In this document: positions 37,198 to 45,414 of the stretch, one piece after another
How the letters are laid out: each line of letters opens with the position of its first letter
Numbering within the stretch: the stretch's first letter is position 1
DNA from: a virus
Lineage: Duplodnaviria > Caudoviricetes
DNA length: 57,997 nt
IMG/VR virus record: IMGVR_UViG_3300020442_004525
Coordinates: 1-57,997 of that record
Direction: 5' to 3' (one strand)
Translations under genes and position numbers: made by a program
Notes under the pieces: generated by a model
Told to the model about the DNA's origin: nothing
The model's input: the letters and a program-made list of their open reading frames with translations, nothing else
Database searches by the model: none

Positions 37198-38288
37198 TGA
37201 ACGAAATTATAATAAAATGCCCAATAAACCACCTCTCTTACGGAAATATATCTTACAATATCTTAAGAGAGTTATTTAAATCAGGTATAAAAACATCCAT
37301 ATTTCCTGTATCAAATAAAATAGATATATCAATTTACGACAAGACAACTAAAGATTTTTCTGACTGGATTCAGGAAGGGGTAAGCCGGAGATACATGCAT
37401 TTAGACAGGGATGCACCATTCTTAAACATATGGCATATAGCGGGAGCAGAAGATAGAATATCAAATAATTCCGTATTATATACATTCCATGAAACTAGCG
37501 AAGTGACAGAACAAGAAAAGAATATATGCAAACTATACAATAAAGTTATTTTTAGTAGTACCTACTCCTCAGATATCTTTAATAACTCAGGCTTAGAGCA
37601 CTGCGGGTACTCAAATCCGGGCTTTGATGAAGATTTATATATAAATAATTCATATAAATTAAAAAATAAAATACACTTCGGCATAATGGGTAAGCTTGAA
37701 AACAGGAAGCATACTATAAAATTAATAAAATTATGGATCAAAAACTTTGGAAATGATCACAATTATCAATTGTCATGCTGTGTAACAAACCCGTTCTTAC
37801 CAAAGGATCATATCGACAAATTAAAAGAAGTAGTATTTGACGGAAGAAACATAACAAATGTAAACTTTCTTGAATTTATGCCAAAAAATTCTCAAGTAAA
37901 TGCTTACCTAAACTCAATAGACATCGATATAGGTGGGATGAGCGGAGCAGAAGGCTGGAACCTACCATCCTTTAATGCTACCTGCCTAGGAAAATGGAGC
38001 ATAGTGTTAAATTGCACGGCGCACAAAGATTGGGCAAACAAACACAACTGCATCTTAGTTGAACCAAACGGACAGGATAGTATAGAAGACGGCGTCTTTT
38101 TCACCAAGGGTTCTGAATTCAATGCTGGAAATAAATACTCATTTAATAATGAAGACTTTGAAAATGCACTACATAAAGCTATAAACAAAGTAAAGAATAA
38201 CATAATAAATGAAGAAGGATTAAAATTAACTAAAATTTTCACATATAAAAATACATTAAAAAATATTATAAAACATTTTGATATATAA
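37197..38288 (+). CDS. GT4-like glycosyltransferase
   Basis: LSYGNIS, YTFHE, GKLENRKH, SGAEGWNLP. Confidence 0.78.
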   Translation: MNEIIIKCPINHLSYGNISYNILRELFKSGIKTSIFPVSNKIDISIYDKTTKDFSDWIQEGVSRRYMHLDRDAPFLNIWHIAGAEDRISNNSVLYTFHETSEVTEQEKNICKLYNKVIFSSTYSSDIFNNSGLEHCGYSNPGFDEDLYINNSYKLKNKIHFGIMGKLENRKHTIKLIKLWIKNFGNDHNYQLSCCVTNPFLPKDHIDKLKEVVFDGRNITNVNFLEFMPKNSQVNAYLNSIDIDIGGMSGAEGWNLPSFNATCLGKWSIVLNCTAHKDWANKHNCILVEPNGQDSIEDGVFFTKGSEFNAGNKYSFNNEDFENALHKAINKVKNNIINEEGLKLTKIFTYKNTLKNIIKHFDI

Positions 38289-38306
38289 AAATAACAATCA
38301 TATTAT
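38278..38306 (+). promoter_or_regulatory. sigma70-type promoter (near-leaderless)
   Basis: TTGATA (38278-38283), 17 nt spacer, TATTAT (38301-38306). The ATG is at 38315. Confidence 0.55.
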
Positions 38307-38314
38307 ATATTGTT

Positions 38315-38653
38315 ATGCCATTATATGTTTTTCAGCATCCTGAGTCAGGAGAAGTAGTAGAAGTTGTTCTAGGCATGAACGATGATAAGTTTTATATAGA
38401 TGAAAAAGGGACTGAATGGAACCGCGTATTTCTCGCGCCCAATGCAAATATAGACGCTGATATCGACCCATTTTCATCAAGGGGTTTTGTTGATAAAACT
38501 AACACAAAAGGCTCGATGGGAGACCTTATGGAAAGGTCTAAAGAGATGAGCGAGAAGAGAAAAGACAAGCTGGGCTACGACCCTGTTCAACAAAAATATT
38601 TCAAAGAATACTCAAAAAAAAGGCGTGGAATGAAACATACACTAGATAGATAG
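38315..38653 (+). CDS. FmdB-like small protein lacking the Zn-binding cysteines
   Basis: MPLYVFQHPESGEVVEVV...W.RVF..P N-terminus. Confidence 0.55.
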   Translation: MPLYVFQHPESGEVVEVVLGMNDDKFYIDEKGTEWNRVFLAPNANIDADIDPFSSRGFVDKTNTKGSMGDLMERSKEMSEKRKDKLGYDPVQQKYFKEYSKKRRGMKHTLDR

Positions 38654-38673
38654 ATAAAATATCACAATTCCTG

Positions 38674-38687
38674 GTGTAATAGTATAC
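38674..38687 (+). promoter_or_regulatory. Putative late promoter (GTGTA motif)
   Basis: GTGTAATAGTATAC-ATG. The same motif and spacing occur at 45411 and 52954. Confidence 0.6.
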
Positions 38688-40772
38688 ATGCCGGACTATA
38701 AAAAGAACCCTATCTTCCACTCTGATATCAACAGGATTCAGAGTCATGAGCCAAATATAACGTTTGGTTACTCCTGGGATGATGTGTCGGGAAAATGGAT
38801 TCCAACAGCTAAAGATATAACTGTTGACATGCGTTCCACGAACGCAATCCTAGAGGGGATATCTGGCGAGCTGTCAAACATCCACGTCGACGTAGAGATA
38901 GATAGCGACAAAAGGTCTCATGAATTACTGGAGTCTATTTCGGGCTCCCTAGAGGCCGTAGGAATGGTTGATGATGCCAATACGCATAGGTTATTGTCAG
39001 GCATATCTGGCCAGCTTTCAGGCATACATGTAGATGTAGAAATCGATAGCGACACAAGGTCACATGAATTATTAGAAGAAATATCCAACTCCGTATCAAG
39101 TTTAAGTAAGGTAGATGACGAAACGACGCACAGTTTATTATCAGGAATATCCGGCGAGCTATCAGAGATACATGTGGATGTCGCAATAGACCACGATACA
39201 AGGGCTCACGAGTTATTAGAAGAGATATCTAACTCTGTATCCAGCCTAAGTAAAGTAGACGATGAAACGACGCACAGTTTATTATCAGGAATATCTGGTG
39301 AGTTATCAGAAATCCATGTGGACGTTGCAATAGATCACGATACGAGATCACATGAGTTACTGGAATCAATCAAAGATGGGATCTCAAATTTAGGAGATAG
39401 TAATGACGAAACCACTCATGAACTCCTAAGAGAGATATCAGAAGAACTCTCCAAGATTCATGTTGATGTAGAAATCGACCATGATGTAAGGTCTCACGAA
39501 TTACTGGAATCAATTTCGGGTGGTATTGGTAGCCTAGGAGACAGCAGCGACGCAGAAACCCACAGGCTTCTACAAGAAATATCAAATGAATTATCAAATA
39601 TTCATGTGGATGTAGAACTTGACCATGACACGCAAACACACCAACTACTAGACCAGATTAATGAAAACCTAAAATTAATTGACGTAAATATTATAGGCAA
39701 CAACCTATCAGATACAGAGACTCATAGAATATTATCAGGAATTTCTGGACATGACGACTGTCACTACAGACAAAACCAAAGGATGCTTGGAGCAATCAAG
39801 GACGCTTCGGAGAACTTAAACCTCTCAGTAGAAGAGCTTAAAAAAGACTTCAGGGAAGTTACATACCACAAAAAAGTATTCGAGAAGCACGTATTAATGC
39901 CCGAACAGTCCCCGACGCAACCACCACAAGCCCCCCTTTCGTTCGAAGAAAAAATATTTAAACTAAGAAAAGATCGACAAAATAGCGAGTATTTATTCAT
40001 GAAAGAATCCTATGACGGAGTCGATCGAGATAGAGTAGAGGATATGGAAGAGTCTATGGAATTTGCAATCTACGGAGAAAAGTACGTAGGGGACGATGCA
40101 GATTGGCACAGCTTCTTTCCGCTCGCCAAACGACTAGGCAACAGTGATAGGATCAATTTATTTAATAATGATATATACCCCCTAGAAATAAAATTTCAAG
40201 GGGGAGACTCCACGTGGATTGACCCAGGTTATAAAGTTGAAATGTCAAAAGAAGAAGCATCTCAATTATTCATAAGAAATCAATTTGCTATCTCGAAATT
40301 TGAAGTAGAATACTCCTTACAAAGGTTGTACACCCCAGAAGAACAATTCACAAGGAACGACGAACACGAGTATACCCTAGGTCACCAAACCTACGGCAGG
40401 GTTGGCTTAACCTCTATGGCTATAAGTGAAAGTTTCCTTTATGTTAAATATTTAAATAAATGGAAAAGAGTAGCGATAGCTAGTTGGCAAGATATAGATA
40501 CTAGAACCCAACACGCATTCCCAATATCTTACTTTGATGCATATTCAGACGTAAACTATCTTTACCTAAATACGAACGAAGGAGAAAGAAGGGTATTAAT
40601 CGCAGACTGGGAAACTACGGACAAAATACCAATAGATAGCCACAATAAAATCTGGGCAGATAATGACTTTATATATGCAAAGCTACCAAGCAGGCTAGAT
40701 GCTATCTGTGAAGACAGATTAGGACACTCATCCTGGAAAAGATACCCTATAACAATTTTTAGTAAATCATGA
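38688..40772 (+). CDS. His/acidic repeat-containing putative virion fibre protein
   Basis: 694-aa ORF with 48-aa tandem repeats and a C-terminal (YLY...WKRV.I..W) x3 module. Confidence 0.7.
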   Translation: MPDYKKNPIFHSDINRIQSHEPNITFGYSWDDVSGKWIPTAKDITVDMRSTNAILEGISGELSNIHVDVEIDSDKRSHELLESISGSLEAVGMVDDANTHRLLSGISGQLSGIHVDVEIDSDTRSHELLEEISNSVSSLSKVDDETTHSLLSGISGELSEIHVDVAIDHDTRAHELLEEISNSVSSLSKVDDETTHSLLSGISGELSEIHVDVAIDHDTRSHELLESIKDGISNLGDSNDETTHELLREISEELSKIHVDVEIDHDVRSHELLESISGGIGSLGDSSDAETHRLLQEISNELSNIHVDVELDHDTQTHQLLDQINENLKLIDVNIIGNNLSDTETHRILSGISGHDDCHYRQNQRMLGAIKDASENLNLSVEELKKDFREVTYHKKVFEKHVLMPEQSPTQPPQAPLSFEEKIFKLRKDRQNSEYLFMKESYDGVDRDRVEDMEESMEFAIYGEKYVGDDADWHSFFPLAKRLGNSDRINLFNNDIYPLEIKFQGGDSTWIDPGYKVEMSKEEASQLFIRNQFAISKFEVEYSLQRLYTPEEQFTRNDEHEYTLGHQTYGRVGLTSMAISESFLYVKYLNKWKRVAIASWQDIDTRTQHAFPISYFDAYSDVNYLYLNTNEGERRVLIADWETTDKIPIDSHNKIWADNDFIYAKLPSRLDAICEDRLGHSSWKRYPITIFSKS
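38860..39750 (+). repeat. About 6 copies of a 144-bp (48-aa) coding tandem repeat
   Basis: ISGELS.IHVDV.ID.D.RSHELLE.IS......DD.TTH.LL. HVDV recurs at 144-nt spacing (about 38883, 39027, 39171 and onward). Confidence 0.9.
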
Positions 40773-41458
40773 AGATAAGTAAGTTTAAAGATATAGACAA
40801 CTACCAAGATAGAAAAGACAAAAAAGAGGTCACAGATCTACTTGAGGGTATAAAAGACTCAGGTGAAACTACTGCGGCGGAAATATCTAACGTATCTTCA
40901 GGACAGCAAGATATAATTGACAGGCTAGAATCAGTTCAAGACAGAATTGAAAAACTACCCTCTAGATCCGACAGAACTAAAATATTCAGCCAAAAAGTAG
41001 AGGAGGATCTTATTATATTAGAAACTCCAGATGAACTATTCTCAATAGAACAAGATTGTGAGGATTTTTTCGACAGGACATCTCAACTACCAGAGGTAAA
41101 TCAGTTTTTTATTTTATCAGAAGAAGCTAGGGATGATAGGTGCGTCAAACGTACTTATAATTTTGACCTGGAACAACCTCTAGCGATAAGACTCGACAGC
41201 TACCTCGGAGATGAGAACGGCTTCATTAACGCCTTCGGGCAACTGGAAAATAAAAGCTCGGATATAACCATAATAAATGATACTTTATATAAACTGAGGC
41301 TAAGGATGGATGACGTAGAGTCGGATATCAGCATTGAAGACGGTTTTTCAGCAACATTCAATGACCTCGAAAATGACAACATCTTATCCTTCAAGAGAGA
41401 TCACACTATATCTGGTTATGTTTTAAACTATGTAGTTGAAGGTAAGATGAACTCATGA
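40769..41458 (+). CDS. Hypothetical protein, paralogous to the central domain of the upstream ORF
   Basis: SDITIINDTLYKLRL vs SDRINLFNNDIYPLEI; ISGYVLNY vs ISKFEVEY. Confidence 0.65.
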   Translation: MKISKFKDIDNYQDRKDKKEVTDLLEGIKDSGETTAAEISNVSSGQQDIIDRLESVQDRIEKLPSRSDRTKIFSQKVEEDLIILETPDELFSIEQDCEDFFDRTSQLPEVNQFFILSEEARDDRCVKRTYNFDLEQPLAIRLDSYLGDENGFINAFGQLENKSSDITIINDTLYKLRLRMDDVESDISIEDGFSATFNDLENDNILSFKRDHTISGYVLNYVVEGKMNS

Positions 41459-42387
41459 AAATTACCCGTCATAAAAGCCTCGTAAGAGAAATTGCTCCAG
41501 GAATTATTGTTGTTGGAAACAACCCCTTTGCTCCAACACTACGACTGGACGAGCTCTCCTCTAGAGCTCAATTAAACAACGAAGACGTACTAGTTAAACC
41601 TGACTTAACTAATATTTCGGGAGATAGCTTAGATTACAAAAACTTGCATTCCATCTCAGGCTCCTTCGAGACGCGTCCTAACGTCAAAGGCTTAGACGTA
41701 ATGCTTTCAGGAGATTTAGATAATCAAATTAACGATTTAATAAACCAAGACCAAAACACCATATCAGAACTAAATATTACAAGTGGCATCTTAAATGAGA
41801 CACTCGAAAATGCAAGCGGAATATTAAACGACAAAATCATATACGAATCTCAAGTCAGATTCACTAAAGACGATGGGCTACAGCACTCAATAGTATTATC
41901 AAGTGGAATTTTAAATGACAAAATAGAAGAAGAATCACTAACAAGAGAGTCTAGCGATCAAGAAATAAATACCAAAATAGATGTATTAAACCAAGAGGTC
42001 AACGATAAAATAACCGTAGCCAGCGGCGACTTACAAAATTCCGTAGATAAAATCAGCGGTCAGCTCGAAGCAGAAACCGATTACAGAACCGCTATGGATA
42101 ATAACTTAAACCTGAGCATTATTGAGATCAGCGGTCAACTCGAAGCAGAAACCGATTCCAGAACCACTGCAGACAATAATTTAAATCTTAAAATAGATGA
42201 AGTCAGCGGACGCTTAGATTCAGAATCTCAAACAAGAGAGGATTCAATTAACTCACTAAATCTCAAGGTTGATAATTTCAGTGGAGAAGTTGACTCCAAG
42301 ATTGAAGACCTTGAGCAAAATGCCCTAGGAATAAGCTACGCTGAGGCCGCAGACCTAGCCAAAAAATGGGCAATAATCCTAGGTTAA
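41455..42387 (+). CDS. Coiled-coil putative structural protein
   Basis: Repeats SG.L.AE...R...D..L..KI and C-terminal AKKWAIILG. Confidence 0.7.
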   Translation: MKITRHKSLVREIAPGIIVVGNNPFAPTLRLDELSSRAQLNNEDVLVKPDLTNISGDSLDYKNLHSISGSFETRPNVKGLDVMLSGDLDNQINDLINQDQNTISELNITSGILNETLENASGILNDKIIYESQVRFTKDDGLQHSIVLSSGILNDKIEEESLTRESSDQEINTKIDVLNQEVNDKITVASGDLQNSVDKISGQLEAETDYRTAMDNNLNLSIIEISGQLEAETDSRTTADNNLNLKIDEVSGRLDSESQTREDSINSLNLKVDNFSGEVDSKIEDLEQNALGISYAEAADLAKKWAIILG

Positions 42388-44099
42388 TCAGGATATCTAT
42401 TTATCTGAACATCTATTTTTAAATCTGCATTTTTTACAGCATCTACATTTAAACCATCAACGCTCAGCATTCCAGTGCTCTTATTTAATCCAAAAGGCAG
42501 ATTTTCTGATTTTTTCGTGGGAGCAGATGGGTCACTAGAATCAGTAACTTCAACTTGTAGATTTGCAGAAGTTAAATCTGAAGTGTGGTAATCGTTAAAA
42601 TAAACATTCAACCCCTTAGATTCGTTGTAAAAATCAATACTCTGAGGATTCAAACTCGTTCCCTCAATATCAGACATAGAACCAACACTAAATTTAATGT
42701 TCGGATTGGCAGAATTTGAAATAATTGTACTTCCGTCTAGTAAGGAGTTCATTAAATCCCCACCTTGCTTGCCCCTTAATCTATTACCACCTGTAGCGCC
42801 CAGGTGATTAAAATGGCCTATTACATAATCACTATTTTGCCAATCCATCCTATTGGTTAAAAAACTACTGTGGTCGAGTGCGAATTCAAAATAATCATTA
42901 GGTTTAGATTGTACAAGTTCAATCAGCTTTTTAAGTGGGACCTCATTAATGTAATGGTAATCCATAAAAACGCGGATCCTAATACTTCCATCTTCTAAAT
43001 CTTCTTGGATATAAATTTCGTTCTTCTTTCTTGTTCCAGTTGCCTCTGGATCATCTACCGAGTGCCACAAGTTATGTTCACCTAAGTAACTAAAGGGCGT
43101 ATACCTTTTATCATAAAAATATACATAAAGATTATTATTTCCTTTGTGCTTCGCCCTTATGCCCAGGTAGGATTCATTAACAAAGTAAACCTCCCCGTAA
43201 GTAGCCCTATCTCCACTAAAATCATATCCATTCACTTCTTCTAGGGATAACTTTTCAGGAAAAACGGGCAATGACATAAAAGGTTTTGGCCTGGAATTAT
43301 CACTCGCTCCCGACCCATCATTAATGGCTAAATTCGACACAGTCATATAGTGATAATCATTAGGTAATCCACTAAAAAATTGCAAGTCTGTAAAATTTTC
43401 AGTAAACTGATGCTCTACAATTAAATCTCCAACCTGAAACTCTAATTTACCATTTTCGTCAAAATAAAAATCAATATTATAACGAGTAGGACTTATGGGT
43501 CTTATATCCCAACTTGCACTAGCGATTACCGTTTGAGTTGTATGATTCTTTATTTTAATACCCAGATCATGGTACGTATCTAGAGAAACGGAATAAAGGT
43601 CTCCCCCAAAGTGAAATCTAAATATGTCTGTAGGTGAATAATAAGTATGACTAGCCCAACATGTCCAATAATTAATAAAAATACCTTTCGAAAACTTGCT
43701 CAAATCAAATTTAAACATTGATTGCTGATTATCACTCCTACCCTGAAAGTGATAGCCATAGTATTGTTTATATTCATCCTCTGAATTAAAAGTATTTAGA
43801 TTTGTCGAAAACCTATTTATTGAACGATTGGTTCCACTCTGGAGTTGCACGACATAAGCACTAAAAAAATCACCCGTCGTTGTCGCCCAGTCTTTATCAT
43901 AAAACTCATGACTTTTATTAACCCCCGTGAAAGGTCCCTCGGTCTGCACCCCATTCAACCTTACGCTACTCATAGCGCCATTTATTAATCCCCCAAACAA
44001 CCTAACCAACCCTTCAGGATTCATAGATTTATGATACAGACCATTATGCCAATAAGGCTTGGAGAAATAACTAAACCCTGTTCTTAATAATTTAGCCAT
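42384..44099 (-). CDS. Beta-rich (lectin/ConA-like) putative virion protein
   Basis: 571 aa, aromatic-rich. Shares MAK..RTG and AINDGSG..DNS.P with the neighbouring ORF. Confidence 0.6.
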   Translation of the reverse strand: MAKLLRTGFSYFSKPYWHNGLYHKSMNPEGLVRLFGGLINGAMSSVRLNGVQTEGPFTGVNKSHEFYDKDWATTTGDFFSAYVVQLQSGTNRSINRFSTNLNTFNSEDEYKQYYGYHFQGRSDNQQSMFKFDLSKFSKGIFINYWTCWASHTYYSPTDIFRFHFGGDLYSVSLDTYHDLGIKIKNHTTQTVIASASWDIRPISPTRYNIDFYFDENGKLEFQVGDLIVEHQFTENFTDLQFFSGLPNDYHYMTVSNLAINDGSGASDNSRPKPFMSLPVFPEKLSLEEVNGYDFSGDRATYGEVYFVNESYLGIRAKHKGNNNLYVYFYDKRYTPFSYLGEHNLWHSVDDPEATGTRKKNEIYIQEDLEDGSIRIRVFMDYHYINEVPLKKLIELVQSKPNDYFEFALDHSSFLTNRMDWQNSDYVIGHFNHLGATGGNRLRGKQGGDLMNSLLDGSTIISNSANPNIKFSVGSMSDIEGTSLNPQSIDFYNESKGLNVYFNDYHTSDLTSANLQVEVTDSSDPSAPTKKSENLPFGLNKSTGMLSVDGLNVDAVKNADLKIDVQINRYPD

Positions 44100-44101
44100 A
44101 A

Positions 44102-45397
44102 TCAGGAGTCCAAATATTTTAACCTAAATCTATAATTATCACTAGGACCAAAGGGCCAATTCGAGGGACTAGAGTTATCAAGGGTAAAGTCTCTTATAAA
44201 TTTAGTAGTAGGGCTTAATTGTAAAGCAAAGTCTTCGGATGTTTTATAACTAGGAGTAACTATGTTATGAAACTCAATTCTTCCAAATTGCGATGGAGCA
44301 AATCCCACTAGATCATCAATCCTAACAGGACAGTATTCAATTGCTGTAAAATCATCACGCGACATTGGATTTCCATCTTGATCGAAAGCCCAACTAGAAA
44401 CGTCAGTATCCAAGTCCAATACCAATTCTCCATTCTTTTGAATTTCAATAAATGTTCCATCATCACCATCTGAAAGAGCTTCATCTACAGTTACGCCAGA
44501 ATTATTATTAACCAAAGAACTCTGAGAGTCGTTATAAGCTAAACTTTCAGTAACTCGGTATGATCTTATGCTTCCAGGCATTGAATTATCTACTCCTCCA
44601 GAGCCGTCGTTAACAGCAATATCGTCTAGTGGCTCACCATTCCTTGTTTGTCCGCTCAGAGAAGCCACGGTCCATTGCGAAAAAGCCCCTGAATCCAGGA
44701 TCCATCCTAGGTTTTTCATGTCATACGAAACCTCAACTCCGTCATAAGACGCATAGATTACCCCAACATTATCTACAGAAAACTTTAGATTTATCCAAGT
44801 ATATCTTTCTATCGAAGTGATGTCCGCGCTTTCGGCAAGAATATTGTGATTATTGTCGGTAATGTAAATTCTTCTTTTGAATGGCTCTCCATCTACAATT
44901 CCAATCCAGGCCAATACGCTTCCGTGGTCCGCCCAAACCCTACCAATAATCATACCGTAGGCGTTCGCTCCCCCAGAATCTGGATCAATATAAAAACCAG
45001 TTGCCCTACTCCACCAATTTGCAAAAAAACCTTCAGTAAACTTCGAGGCGTCGAACTGGCCTATTCCATTTTGTCCATTATACCAAACTGCAGTACAACC
45101 CTTACCGTTAGCATTCAGGCTTCTAGCGGACACATTATTAGGATTGCAATACGCATTAGAGGTGGTGCTATAAAAGTTTTCAGCATAAAAGGTATCCTCC
45201 CCATCTAATGGCTGATCAGGAAAAGTCGAAGTATCCGCTCCGTAAAAATTCTTCTCATGATTTGAATTAAAATACGCAAATTTTGTTATCAATTTTTCAC
45301 CAGCGCAAGCATATTGATTAAACTCATTAACGGTTATATATCTTGCGGCATGATTTAGGTTCATAACCTCCCATCCAGTTCTTATTTTTTTAGCCAT
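44102..45397 (-). CDS. Beta-rich (lectin/ConA-like) putative virion protein, paralogue of 42384-44099
   Basis: MAKKIRTGW, FDASKFTEGFFANWW, TWINLKF, DDIAVNDGSGGVDNSMP. Confidence 0.6.
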   Translation of the reverse strand: MAKKIRTGWEVMNLNHAARYITVNEFNQYACAGEKLITKFAYFNSNHEKNFYGADTSTFPDQPLDGEDTFYAENFYSTTSNAYCNPNNVSARSLNANGKGCTAVWYNGQNGIGQFDASKFTEGFFANWWSRATGFYIDPDSGGANAYGMIIGRVWADHGSVLAWIGIVDGEPFKRRIYITDNNHNILAESADITSIERYTWINLKFSVDNVGVIYASYDGVEVSYDMKNLGWILDSGAFSQWTVASLSGQTRNGEPLDDIAVNDGSGGVDNSMPGSIRSYRVTESLAYNDSQSSLVNNNSGVTVDEALSDGDDGTFIEIQKNGELVLDLDTDVSSWAFDQDGNPMSRDDFTAIEYCPVRIDDLVGFAPSQFGRIEFHNIVTPSYKTSEDFALQLSPTTKFIRDFTLDNSSPSNWPFGPSDNYRFRLKYLDS

Positions 45398-45411
45398 ATT
45401 ATTTTATACAC
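45398..45411 (-). promoter_or_regulatory. Putative late promoter (GTGTA motif)
   Basis: GTGTATAAAATAAT-ATG on the minus strand, within a 17-nt intergenic gap. Confidence 0.6.
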
Positions 45412-45414
45412 ATT

